This document shows, one piece after another, positions 14,401-26,966 of a DNA stretch of 64,000 bases. Both the position numbers and the translations under genes were made by a program. The DNA is from Intoshia linei (Eukaryota; Animalia; Orthonectida). Positions within the stretch are counted from its first letter, which is position 1; every line of letters starts with the position of its first letter. The notes under the pieces are model-generated. The model had not been told where the DNA came from and did not search any database. It worked only from the letters and a program-made list of their open reading frames with translations. The stretch is from positions 1 to 64,000 of the forward strand of contig LWCA01000040.1 in assembly GCA_001642005.1 (NCBI GenBank), read 5' to 3'.

Positions 14401-17400
14401 ATATGAGACGCCATTCTTGAAGTAATTTTCTTGGGCCTACCTGGACTTTTTGCCTTTCCATATGACTCTGGGTTGTGTATAAACCTTGATACCACATTTC
14501 TAGACCTTTTTATTTGCTTAGCAATGTATTTGTGTGATTTATTTTCAGTTTTTAATTCCATAATTTGATTCTTTTCAAAATCAGTTAAAGGTTTACCTCT
14601 GCCATTTGCTAAAATATACATAAATAAATAAATTATATATTATTGAAAAGATACTATATATATTAACATAATGAAAATGGTAATTACATTTTTAAATTTG
14701 ATTATGGTATCAAAAAATTGATTTTAATTTGTAGTGTCCTATGTTTATTGCGCGACTAATTAGCGATAATTATGATAACTTTTCATATAAAGGTGGAAGA
14801 AGAAAAATAATGGTATCAACAAGCGTACTTTTTAATACCTTTTTTAATAGAGAATAAATATTCATGAAAATTAATGTTTATAGACCAAAAAATAATATAA
14901 ATCGGTTAGACCTATGTTTATTGCGCGCACTGTACTATTATTTTTTTTGGGTTTGCTGTGTAATATCATGGTTATTCAATAACTTTCTAAACTTGAAGAA
15001 TACAAAATCTAAAATTTAATAGAAAAATTTAGAATTTTAAAAATGAATTTAATATTTCATTTATCCATTTTTGTCCATATTTTCATTAATATTCATTTTT
15101 GTCTATGTCCACTTTTGATTTTTTTTTATTAGAAAACCCATTTTGCCCGTAGTTTCCTTTTTTGATTTACCACTTCTATAAAAGTGACCAGTTGCTAAAA
15201 AAAGTGGTAACTATTCGAGAGTTTACTGTACTACTCTTAAAATTTACACTATTTACCAAATGAAGCCAAACCAAAAAAGTTAAAAACACTAATTAGTAAT
15301 TACTATTTAAAAAGTATTCTTTTAGCATTATTTTGCTAGTTGATACGTGTGGATCAAATTTACCTTATCTAATATACATTCAACATACAATTCGACTAAT
15401 TTTAGAATATCAAACCTATGAAAAGTCAAAAATTAACATTGTCGCGTATATATTAGTTTTATTCTATTAATCAGATATAATCGTTTTAAATATATTTTTT
15501 AATTAGATACAACAGTGCAACACACTCATTATACAATTCATTAGTCACTATTAACGAAAAAAAACTTCAAGAATTATGGAAGTACGCTAAAATTAAGATT
15601 TTAATTTAATCCAATTTTAACTTTTTATGTTTAGATGGGTTTTATCTTGGAGATGCGAAGGTTCAAGAAATCTTTTATCTGCTTTAAAATTTGTTGTTGA
15701 AAATGATGATAATTTTAAAACAGGTATGTCAACAGTATTGACTAAATACGCATTTAATGTATTAATTTATATATTAGAAGAACTAGTCGGAATTTATATA
15801 ATTACATCAGGCCAATTTGACCAAAATACAAACTCAATACAATCTTATATCAATTCATTGAACATACTACGTCCCTTTTCAATAGTCAATACCATTTTGT
15901 TTACAATTGAAACTGAAACAGAAGCTCTGCTTAAAGCATGTGAAGAAAATGATAGTATTTGCAGGCGTGAATTACTCAATTTAAAAAATACAATTTCTAT
16001 AAAGGATATTGTCAAAAATTATCAAAATATGTGTAGTCTCACTGATGGTCGATTTCATTGGACCAAGGAAAATGGTTTGTTTTTCGTGGGGTCAAAAATG
16101 ATACTATTGAATTTTATAGAAATGATGATAATTTGATCAATATTTAACCCTTTCCCAAAAAAATATATTTTCGACCCTTTCCCCCCTAACAGTATACAAA
16201 TATTTTTAGAGAAGATCAGTTAGTACAACATAGTGAATATGTTTATTATATTATTATAACAGCGAAATAAAAAAATGTTATCTTTTAATATTAATATTAC
16301 TGGTTTTATTTTAGTTATAAATCATAATTTAATATAGTTGACACTCTAATTACTAGGGCCTAGTATACAAACAATTTGTAAAGTTATGATTGTTTTTTTT
16401 TGTTTATATACGTGTTATTGTCTCGTAAGGGTTAATAACATTTAAATTTATTATAATCCAAAATTAATCTGAATTTCAAGAATATATTAATTAAAAATCA
16501 AATACTAAATTAAATTAATGTTAACGATTCTAATTCAATTTTAAATTTTTTCTTAAATTTGCGGCCCCTCAGACTCTGTAGGCCCCCTGATGGGACCAAG
16601 CCCCCATTTGGAACCACTTTTCTATAGTATACACAACTTAATTTTGAAAAACTTTATTCTTTTATGTTCATACATTTTAATATAGATAATTTAAAAATTA
16701 TACAAGTTTAAATTAAAACATAAATTACAGACAGTGAAAGGGTTAACAAAGGTTTCATCGATTTCATTAAATTATAATTCAGTATTTTTTAAGGGACCGG
16801 ATTAAGGTATCTGTTAATAAACACACAAAAATAGAGATTACAACATTAAATAATATTTCATTTAAATTTTTTCCATAGTTTGAAAACCCCAATTTCCCTT
16901 TTTTTGAAATTCAGACGAGTCCTAAAATTATAAAAAATACACAATTTGATAAAGATTTTAAAATGATAAATAATATATAATAGTAATAAAAAGTAAATAA
17001 CAGTCAATCTAGTTATCTTAACTAGTTATATAACTCATTGTTTGTCTGTTTGTCTATGTGGCTGTGTGTCGTTTATTTCAATGACTAATATTATAATTTA
17101 AAAAATTCAATATTTCTATTACAGTTTTTTTGCGGGGAGAAAGTAAGATAAATTTCATTTTTCAGAAGCTTACATCTTACCCGCCAAAACCACAATTATC
17201 CTTTTTTTAAAAATCAAAAGTGTTTTATTATATAAAAAATATATACTCTGATAAAGATTTTAAAATCATAAATAAAATATAATCATAATAAAAACTAAAT
17301 AACAGTCAAGCTAGTTATCCTAACTTATATAAAACTATGTGTTTGTCTATATGTCTGTCTGTGTGTATTATCGCATATTTCAATAATTAAGAGTATTAGA

Positions 17401-20400
17401 ATTTAAGAAATTTCACATATCTATTACAGTTTTTGCGGGGGAAAGTAAGATTAATTTCAATTTTTATAAACTTATATCTTACCGGTCAAAACCCCATCTA
17501 TCCTATTTTTAAAATTAAAACAAGTTCTATCGTCTAAAAAAATTTACTCTGATAAAGATTTTAAAATCATAAATAAAATATAATCATAATAAAAACTAAA
17601 TAACAGTCAAGCTAGTTATCCTAACTAATATAAAACACTTTGTTTGCATATATGTCTGTCTGCCTGTTTGTCTATGTTGTCGTTTATTTCAATAATTAAA
17701 AGTATTAGAATTTAAAAAATTTCACATTTCTATTACAGTTTTTTTTGCGGGGAGAACGTAAAATAAATTTTAATTTAAAAAAGTTACGTTTTTAGTCTCA
17801 AAACTACAAATTACTCTTTTTTCAAAAAATGAACATAAACATCAAAAATAAAAAATTGTATTTAAACGTTTCGGAACCATTCATTTAGAATCTAAAGGAA
17901 TACCAATCTTCTAAACTTTAGAAGATTGGTAATAGTGAATAGTGACATTTATATTTAAGATTATATTTTTTCATAGAATTAGAAAAGTCCGCCATCGGCA
18001 GAGTTAGTACGAACATGCTGTTTGTACGAAGTACAAAACAGCCAAGGTAGTATTATATAATTCTAAATTTATCGCATAGGGTCTATTGTATCCAATGATT
18101 TGAAGGATCTGAACAATGAAATTAAAATAGCTCTAGAATATTCCAAAAAGTGTACAATTCTAATGGAATCTTTAAAATTAAAAAATGAAAATATTAAAAA
18201 TATAAATGTTAACATCATAAATGACTTATTCATAATTTAATTTAGAACGTCAAAATGGAAAACAAAAAAATTTTAATTGTAAAATTGAATAAAATAAATT
18301 TATTTGAAAATAAACATTTAGAGACCTATATCAAATAGGATTAAAGAATTGGCAATTTCAAATAAAAAAATTGATTATAATAAAAAAGATATTTCGATAA
18401 AATATTTTTATACGGGAAAAAAGTTGAATAAAGGTTAGTTGACAAGATTCTTTACAATAATTGGGAATTATTACATATTTACAATTTTTGGTATTTTAAA
18501 TTTTTCCGTGGTAACATGATATTATCTATTTTTTAATAAAAAAAAAAATAATTTTAACAAATTTTGTATAGAGATTTTTCGTTAATTAGAATAGTCATTA
18601 CTGATGACTATTATGACACCTTGGGGTAAACTGAATGATGTTCAGAGTTCCTGAACTATACACTATTTTCAATATAATTTAATTTGATCAACATTGTTTT
18701 GATATTAATATTTTAGCAAATATTGATGCTAGAAACCCCCAATTGTCAGAAAGTCTATTAGAATCGCATAAAAAATTTTACAATTCAGTGTGCAAATTAC
18801 CGGAATCTTCTAAACAGGTATATTACTGAAATTTTATTATTTATTATTTTATCATAATTTTCATGATAAAATGGATGAAAGTTTTCTAAATCTAATAATA
18901 TTTTTAATAGTGGCTTTATAAATATGGAGTTAAAAAACTAAAACTGAATGTAGTTTCAATGATTCGACAGTATGGATTTTCTCATACGCATAACTATGTT
19001 AAAACTATTCAAAAATCGGTAGATGCCAAGTAAGTCTATTAAAATATTACATTTTTAAATTGCACTGGTTTGTTTTTTTGTATTGCTTATAAACAGTAAC
19101 TAACTCTGCTTGGTTGGGTCTTTCCATGTACATTTGTGGTTTTTGTGCTTTTGACCATGAAGATTTAAGTTTTTGGAGTTGACATTTACGATAATGTTAA
19201 GAATTTTAAAAATTTTCCTATAAAATAGGTTTTTTAAATTCTAGGAACTCATTTCATTTAAAAAAGAATTAAATACAGTGTAAAATTGTGGTTTTGACCC
19301 TAAAGGTACATTCAATTTTTGAAAGGTAAATTTGCGATAAAAAATCACCGTCAGAACACTGTTTTAAAAATGAAAATAAAAAATGAATAATTTAATATTT
19401 ATTAGATATTAAATAATTAATTAGTTTTTTAAAACTCCATATCTCTTACATAATAAAACATCTTAAATGAACTGGAAAAACAGAAATACATATTTAACTA
19501 AATTTATTTTACATTTGTATATCAGTAATGTTAAATATTTAAAAAAAATGAAATTGTATTATCAATAATGATTAAAATTAGATTTTGTGTTGTATTGCCA
19601 AAAATAAAAATAAATGGATATGAAAAACATTTGAAAATGAATGAAAATGATTTAAAATTTTGTATAAACAATCTCAATTTTCTTCTTGTATGTTATCTAA
19701 AAAGATATAAATGGTTATTGAAAGGTAATGAATGAATATTATTTCTAATTATAAACCTCTAATTTATTAATACTTTAATGTCATATTAGGTACAAGATAC
19801 ATTTTTGGAAATATGATTGAAAAGAATGTAATTATACTGGTTGATCTTTCTGGGTCTATGGAAATTTACAAAGATTCTATAATGCAAAATCTCAAATGTT
19901 TAATTTGGGACCAATTCCATAATAGTGATAAAAAGTAATATTTTGATGACATGTCAAACTTATAATTAACTATAATCTTCTTTAAATATTAAAATTAATC
20001 GAAACCCATAAAAAAATTAACACAAATATGCCGTATATGTAAATTTATAGATTTAATTTTGTAAAATTTTCGAATACAGTTTCTCAATGGCAAGAAAATG
20101 TTGTTCTCTCAGATAAAGCAATGTGCCTTGAAGCAATAGACTGGATATCAAATTTTAATTGTGATGGATCAACAGATTTAATTGATGCTCTGAAAGTACA
20201 TGGATAATGATATCATGAAAATTTGATTTTAGATTTGCTTTGATCAAAAATGCGATGGAATATATTTATTGAGTGACGGGAAATCAGACACTAGCATAAA
20301 AAAATCAATGCAAATTTTGGACGATTTTTGTTTGAATAATGTAAATACAAAAATCAATTGTGTTGCATTCGAACCGGATGAGTAATTTTTAATTTTAAAT

Positions 20401-22195
20401 TAAAAATTATGTAAAAATTTCAGAATGTATACCAATTTTCTTAAATCAGTATCTAATAAAACGGACGGACGCTATCAAGTTTATGGTGGAAATTCTGAAT
20501 CTATAACTAAGATTAAAAGATTAAAAACTCAACAATTTTTAGATTTTTTAAAGAATTATTACAGAGGTATTTTTACATCAAGTATATATTAGCAGTGCCG
20601 TGTCGAGTCCGAATTGGGCCTCCGAAGAAATTTAAAAATTTCTTATAAGTTAAACAAATCATCTTCACCACTAAGAAAAGTATTTTTTTTGAAGGCTCAT
20701 ATTGATTATGCCCGAGTGTTATGTTAGGCCGTGGAGGCCAAAGAATGGGTATCGATCAATCGAAATTAGTAGGTTCCTATGTACAATTAAAAAAATATTG
20801 GATGATATTGTGTGATGCTGATCGGGTTATTTACACAACGCCGTTTGATAAGATGAATTTAAATAATTTTGTAGTCATTTCGAAATTTTCTAATATCACA
20901 TATAAATTTGAATATTTAACCCTTAGTCACTTCTACACCGCTCTATACCATTTCACTAACTAAATGACAATAACAACATACTAAATGACAATAGCTACAA
21001 ACTAAATGTCAATAACTACAAACTAAATGACAATAACTACAAACCAAATGATAATAACACAAATTAAATCAAAATTTTTTATTTTTCTATGCTACAATTA
21101 TTATAGTACAATTTCGGAGTAAATAAGAATAGTTTTTCATATTTATCCTTCAATAGTATTCTATTGTTGATTATTCTATGCAATATTTAAACTCCAATAT
21201 CAAATATTAAAAACGATTTTTCAATATTGCTCAGTAATATTCAAATTTTTATTTAAAATAAATGTATCTTAATCATAAAGTGGCCTATCCACTTTTATCA
21301 TAAAATAAGAAAATATTAAATTGCATTATTTTATTTTTTTTAAATTTCGCATATTATAATGGCTAGAAAAACAAATCAAGAAAAAATTGAATATAAAAAC
21401 AAAAAAGAAAACATTCTTAGAGTCAATACAGATGGAGAAGTTCATATTTAAATTTCAAATTATTTCATTGAATTCAAATTTAAATTGTTCTTTAATTATT
21501 GTCATTTAGTTTGTAGTTAGTGATGGTATAGTGACATAAAATGATAAATCTAGACTTTGAAACATTTTATAACAGTCGATTCTGTTCTATATGAACATGA
21601 AGGGACCAGGTTTTGATCATATTCATACTATACTGTAATATAAACATATAGGAATAGCGATAATAATATAATTAAAAGTTTCAAAATGTCCAATCAATGT
21701 TTGTTCAAACAAAATTGTCGTGTTCATATTAAGCTGAGTTCATATTCTAGGGTGTTCATATAGAACAGAATCGACTGTATTTGAAAAATATTTTTGGTCG
21801 ATTACACATATAATTAATTTTCCTCGCAGGCATTGGTTGTGCGCAAATACAATTTAATTGTAGACCCACTACACGGCATTGTGTAATAAACTGTGTACCA
21901 CATTACGTATATTTATTTATATTATTTTCTATTAAAAAAATCAGAATTAAACTTAAAAAGCACCAATAACTGCAAAAAGTTTTCATCGGATATACAAATA
22001 CACCGATCAAAATTTAAAACAATTGAACCGCTAGGATTTGATGAAAAACTTTTATTGAATGAAATTTTATATACAATTGATCAAATTAGTGAAATTAAAA
22101 ATTACTTGTAAATTATTAATTTTTTAGTTAATTAATTTTTTTTCATTAGGAATAACCTTTATGAATCCTTATTAAAAAAAAATCCAATTGGTTAA
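5482..22195 (+). CDS. VWA3A: von Willebrand factor A domain-containing protein 3A-like, more than 20 exons
   Basis: Exons give SSKAWLKMNGIK (~12110-12146), NLNLYSVLAPNAY (~12766-12865), WVLSWRCEGSRNLLSALK (~15636) and a C-terminal vWA: RYIFGNMIEKNVIILVDLSGSM...LIWDQF|FNFVKFS...WQENVV...CLEAIDWI...DGSTDLIDAL|GIYLLSDGKSDTS...FLKSVSNKTDGRY (19790-20500). First exon (5482-5630) is phase-compatible with the exon at 7946 but is less certain. Confidence 0.8.
5950..6944 (-). mobile_element. Non-autonomous Helitron-like repeat copy
   Basis: Reverse-strand 5' end TCCTAACTTATATAATATG followed by a (TG)n microsatellite. Internal sequence is shared with copies at about 9.2-9.7, 12.4-12.7, 29.6-30.3, 37.7-38.3 and 43.5-43.9 kb. 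Left boundary approximate. Confidence 0.75.
7385..7576 (+). mobile_element. Solo LTR containing a tRNA-like Pol III module
   Basis: TGTAA...CGTTACA termini, perfect 5-bp TSD AACCA (7380-7384 and 7577-7581), homologous copy at 44332-44512. Confidence 0.85.
8937..9686 (-). mobile_element. Near full-length non-autonomous Helitron
   Basis: On the minus strand: 5' TCCTTACTTATATA and 3' ...TTTGTACGTAGTACATAACAGTCAGCCTAG with a GTAC-N3-GTAC hairpin before CTAG. Sits between A and T with no TSD. Confidence 0.8.
11814..11942. mobile_element. pogo/Tc1-type MITE
   Basis: TA-CGGTAGACACT...CGAGTGTCTACTG-TA inverted termini. Related ends near 15228 and 40941. Confidence 0.6.
12354..12712 (+). mobile_element. 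Helitron-like repeat, 5' fragment
   Basis: aTCCTAACTTATATAATATG...gtttgtgtgtgtctgtgtgtgt followed by the family core sequence. Confidence 0.75.
13410..14932 (-). mobile_element. Tc1/mariner element, Tc3-like, with degenerate transposase, in a VWA3A intron
   Basis: TIRs of about 210 bp ((C)AGTGCGCGCAATAAACATAGG...) flanked by TA at 13408-9 and 14933-4. Frameshifted ORFs give an HTH (RGKPLTDFEK...RSRNVVSRF), FSDEKKFNWDG, GGGSVMVWGAF, FQQDNAPIH and SPDLNPIENVWG, with in-frame stops. Confidence 0.95.
16780..18052 (+). repeat. Head-to-tail tandem array of Helitron-derived units of about 300 bp
   Basis: Units start at about 17017, 17318 and 17619 (TC(C/T)TAACT..TATA, then a GTCT/GTTT microsatellite) and end aataacagtcaa(g/t)CTAG. 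The last unit ends with the full hairpin ctgtttgtac-gaa-gtacaaaacag at about 18018-18041. Confidence 0.8.
20594..21881. mobile_element. Nested MITE cluster: outer CAGTGCCGTG...CACGGCATTG element containing a TTAA-CCC (piggyBac-like) element with 22-bp tandem repeats and a pogo-type MITE
   Basis: Outer 10-bp TIRs; ttaaCCCTTAGTCAC at about 20916; about 5 copies of aactaaatgacaataactacaa (20957-21065) with an inverted copy near 21498-21520. Confidence 0.6.
21573..21777. mobile_element. pogo/Tigger-type MITE
   Basis: Perfect 25-bp TIR CAGTCGATTCTGTTCTATATGAACA. A degenerate relative lies at about 10917-11098. Confidence 0.85.
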
Positions 22196-23012
22196 AGTTT
22201 AAACGTTGTACAACTATTTGTAAATAAAATGTTATCATTAGGGCAAACTTTTTCTAACCTATAAAATTGTCAAAATATAACCTATCAAAATAAAATTCTA
22301 ACTTTTCTAACTTTAACTTTAACTCTCTTTTTAAAAAAATACAAATACAGGTCTAACGAGGCAAAAAGTTCTACTATGTCAATGGAAAAATCACTTTTTA
22401 ATTTGCAATATTTACGAATTGGAGTATTATCATTCAAAATTAATGATTTGTGTTTAACAGACGACCTATGACTCTGGACATCTTAGATTAAAATTTGGTT
22501 AAGATTCAGATTTGTAAAATTTAAAACAATGCAATGCACATTGTGCATTGCTCTGTGCAATTTGCACATGTAAAAAATTATTTATAATTGAATATTTCAA
22601 AATCTAACTTTATTAACTTTTAAAAAAATTCTAACATTTGCAAAAAATTTTAACTTTTCTAACCGTATTAACTTTATAAAATTTTAATTAGCCATATAAT
22701 ATTGACGATATTGGTGCCATCATACTGGAAATGTTAAACTATTTAACATATCAAATTTTAACTTTTCCGACTTTTGCTTGCCTTAGTTATCATATAAGAT
22801 ACATGATAAACTGTAGCTTACATTTTAAATTTAATATACAAAATAATTATGATATTTAAGAATATAATTGTTTAATGCTAAATTTGAAAAAATGAGGTCC
22901 CATTTTAAAAAAAAATCGTTGAGGTCCCGAAGAGGGGTCTCGGAGTACGGTATGTTTGACACTGCCGAGAGTGACAGATCAATTTGGATATTTAATTTAT
23001 TACCCTTTAGAT

Positions 23013-23448
23013 CCGCGGTTCCCAAAGTTGTCCACATGAAATTATAAAATCAAAAATTATATGTGGTCCACAAGAAAAATTTTAAATTTAACATACAAAT
23101 TAGTTGCTATTCAATAATTTTTTAATGCTCAATTTCGTAAATTAAAGCCATCATTTAAAAAAATTTCTTTGAGATCCCTCGGTAGAAGGATATTGTATAC
23201 GGTAGGTTCGGCCTGGTAGTTCGCCATAAATATGTTTGAAATTAATAATTCTTTTTATTATGCCATTGAAGCTACCATGTCAAAATGAATGTAAAATTTT
23301 CGCTTTATGGAGGAATATATTATAAAAAAATATAAAAATTACCTTAGTAACGTGTTCAAAATTAAGGGATGTTTTAAAAAAATTATGTGGTCCGCATACA
23401 TTTTTTTGTGACAAGTGGTTCATGATGGAAAAAGTTTGGGAACCACCG
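23013..23448. mobile_element. hAT MITE
   Basis: CCGCGGTTCCCAAA...TTTGGGAACCACCG with perfect 8-bp TSD CTTTAGAT. Confidence 0.9.
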
Positions 23449-23718
23449 CTTTAGATTAAATTTAATTTTTAACTGCAGTGAGATATATACTCCGTCATTT
23501 TTATTATGTAACTAGCTTGACGGTTATGTACTATCATTCTATCCATTTTATGTATCATCCTAGCTCTGCCGAAGGCGAACTTTTTTAATTCTACCTAAAA
23601 AATAAATGCTTACTTATATAATTATCTATATTGTAGTTTCTCGTTATTAAATACAGCAATAAAACATCAATTTTGAAATTGTTGCTGAGTTAAATAATTG
23701 CGCCAAATTAAAATAAAT

Positions 23719-26320
23719 TGTAACGTAATAAGTTTAATAACAGAAAAATATAAAACAAAATGTATCAATTATTCAACTTTAAATTTTGTATCTTCTGTCA
23801 CCACAGCGACCAGCTACACCTCCCCCTAGATGAATGGCATTCATTGGATTTGTGGCCATTCATGTTGCAGTTGTAACATCTTAATGTGCTTGTTCCTATT
23901 CTATCTTTGATGGGAGTGTAGCTTTGCAGTATGACCGTAGCCATTTCTAAAATATCCCCTTGATTGAAGCGTAATTTATCAAGTATCTGTTTCGGTAAGC
24001 GGTGGAGGATTTCTTGAGTAATTCTAATTCTAATACTTGGATTAGTGTGGTAGAATAATCTACCATGCAAACTTTATTTTATTATTTTATAGCGATTGTA
24101 TCCTTAGATATCGAAATTATTTTATTTTATATCTGTGGATATCTAGTTTACTTATACTTAATAAAATATGTAATCGTCATATCTTTTAGGTTTTTTTCTT
24201 ATCCTAATTTTTCTTTTTTCTGATTCTCGATTCTTTAATAATTCTCTAGAATTATCAGTTATTTCAGCTAACGACATTTACTCGTATCGAGATTATCCAA
24301 AATATACGTATCCATATCATTATTTTCTTATTTTTTTATTTTACTCTCTGTACAATAATAATTTTTATCGACTAGATGTCTCTTTTTTATTTTTATACAT
24401 TTTCCGTGGAACCAGTTTAAACATTCTAAGCATTCGATCATGAAATCTGTATCGTTTTCCGGCATTTTACATATACAATATTTTGGAAGTGTGATATTAT
24501 TTTCTTGTTTCCTATTGTAACATGGATTATTATCTTTTTCCTTATCTATCCAATTAATATTTCTAGGGACATACGGATCGTCCAATTTTTTTACTTTCTT
24601 TTCGTTAATTCTATAATTATTTTTCCAATAAGTCATCCCATTTGGTACTGTTTTATCGAAATTTCTTTTTACCCTTCGGTTATATTTTGTATGATAATTA
24701 AATAGTTTTTTAGCAGTAATTATTTCATTTTCTCTATCCCTTAACCAATATAATGACGTATCATTTTCGTCGAGATTAAGGATTTCCAATTCGTGTCCGT
24801 ATACTATACTTGCCGGGGATACATTTGTTCCTTCTGTATAACAGTTACGTAAGGCTAACAAAATACCAGGCATTTGATCTTCCCATAAATTATTATCCCA
24901 GTTTAATTTAACTCTTAATAAATCCTTTATTGTTCTATTAGTTCTTTCAGCCAGACCGATACCCTCGTGGTGCTTCGATATGCTTCTGTTGATGTTTTAA
25001 TAATTCCACACATCTTACATAAGTTTTTTATTAAATAAGATTCAAAAGCTGCACCTTTATCGGAATGAATTTGTTTTGGAATTCCGAATCTGCAGATGAT
25101 ATTATTCAGTTTGCTTCAGCTGTCTCTAATGCAGATGTTGACGATACTGAAATAGCCTCTACCCATTTCGAATAATGATCTACACAAACTAATAAATATT
25201 AGTTTCCTCTTGAGGACATTGGGAATGGGCCTGCATGATCGATTTGTCATAACTCGTTTACTATTTGACTCATAATAACTAACATTTGTTTATAAATTTC
25301 TTTACGCCTAAATACATTCCTGGCCAAAAATAAGCTCTTCTCATCATTCGATACGTTTTCTTTATTGCCATGTGATTCACTCCTATACCTTCATGAATTT
25401 TTTTTATTAATTCATTGTTTTTACCCTTAGGTACTAACAATTTATTAGTTTCAATGTTTACGATTTTTTCGTCTACCAATTTAATGAATGTTAAAATCTT
25501 TAAATATTTATTACTGCTGGGGATATGGCTACTATTATCATTTAAATAGCGTTTTATTTCTATATATCTTGATCTTCCTTTTGGGATTTGATTAGTCCAA
25601 GTTTTCATTACCATGACACCACAGCGCAAGCAATCTAGATAAAGCATCAGCACCTTTATTCGAAATCATATTGTTCTAATTCTTGAATCCACCTTAATAT
25701 AAAACCTACGTGTTTCTTTGATTCTAATATTCCCATTAACGATTTATGGTCTGTAATCACAAGAAATTTTCTACCGTATAAATATCTATAAAATTTGTTA
25801 TACTCCAATAGACCGCCAAAAATTCTTTATGCGTAGTACTATAATTTCTTTGTGTTGCATCCAAAGTTTTGCTTGCAAATCTGATTGGTTTACCATCTTG
25901 TAGCAACGTTGCTCCAATACCGAAATCTGATGTATCTGTTTCCAGCTTAATGGACGTGTCCAATTTGGATGGTGCATTAAAACTTTTTTACATAATTCTT
26001 CTATTAATAAACTGAAAGCGTCTTTACAGCTCTTTGTCTATTCGAATTTAACGTCTTTCCTGGTGAGGTCAATTAACGGTTTCGAAATAATAGCAAAATT
26101 TTATATAAATTTCATATAGTATGAGCACATACCTATAAACTGTCTAACCCCTTTGATTTTTATAGGACATTCCATTTTTTGTATTGATTCTACTCTATCA
26201 TTATCAGGACGTATTCCGTCTTTCGAAACTGAATGTCCAATAAAATTTAATTTAATTAATTTAAATTTATTTTCATTTACTGTTAGTCCTGACTTTTCTA
26301 TTCTATTTAAAACAGTACTT
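23719..26320 (-). mobile_element. 5'-truncated, degenerate Ty3/Gypsy retrotransposon: RT thumb, RNase H, integrase with PHD finger, CCHC ORF, PPT, 3' LTR
   Basis: FIGHSVSKDGIRPD...VRQFIGMCSYY (RT); LETDTSDFGIGATLLQDGKPIRFASKTL...RNYSTTHKEFLAV (RNase H); IHEG...H...YFWPGM (integrase Zn); IDHAGPFP...VDHYSKW...HSDKG...GLAERTNRTIK (DDE); PPT AGGGGGAGG (23827-23819) abutting TGTAGC...CGTTACA (23818-23719). Many stops and frameshifts. Confidence 0.92.
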
Positions 26321-26966
26321 TATATTGGTATAATCTACCCTTATACCCTGTTGCGAACGCTGTTTTTATTTGATGGCTAATAAATTGACTGCGTTTAATA
26401 ACGAGTGTATTTAATAGCGAGCGTATTTATAAACGAGAAACTACTGTACTATATATAGATTATATTCTGATAAAAGTTATACACGACTCAGATGATTAAT
26501 TAAATGTGAAATAGAAGAATGTATTCAATTAATCCTTATTATTGTTTCATAAAAGATACTAAAACAATCAAAACATCAAAATTAACGGTAAAAGATTTTA
26601 ATTTTTATAGCATGTTGAAACAATTCAATAAATATTTTAAGGTTTAATAAATATTAACACTTTTTTATGTATGCATTGTATTTATATCATCGAAACGTAA
26701 AATGTCCAAATAATTATCTACAATTAAATACATAGTATAATATATAGTTTACATACTTGTTGTAAAACCTCGTTATTAGAATTGATAGATAAATCAAGAA
26801 TAAATGTATTTATTATTATATTATTATAAAACTATTTATATGTAATTTTTTAAATACTCAACTTAAAATAAGACACCGAAGACTGTGTTTCGGTATGACG
26901 GATTTGGTTCTGAGAACAGCTGGAGTGTTATTTATTATTATTATATGAACTAAAAATTAAACATTT

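Noticed and set aside
20957-21065. 22-bp direct repeats that could be mistaken for a CRISPR array
   Set aside because: Contiguous with no unique spacers, eukaryotic context, and subterminal to a TE.
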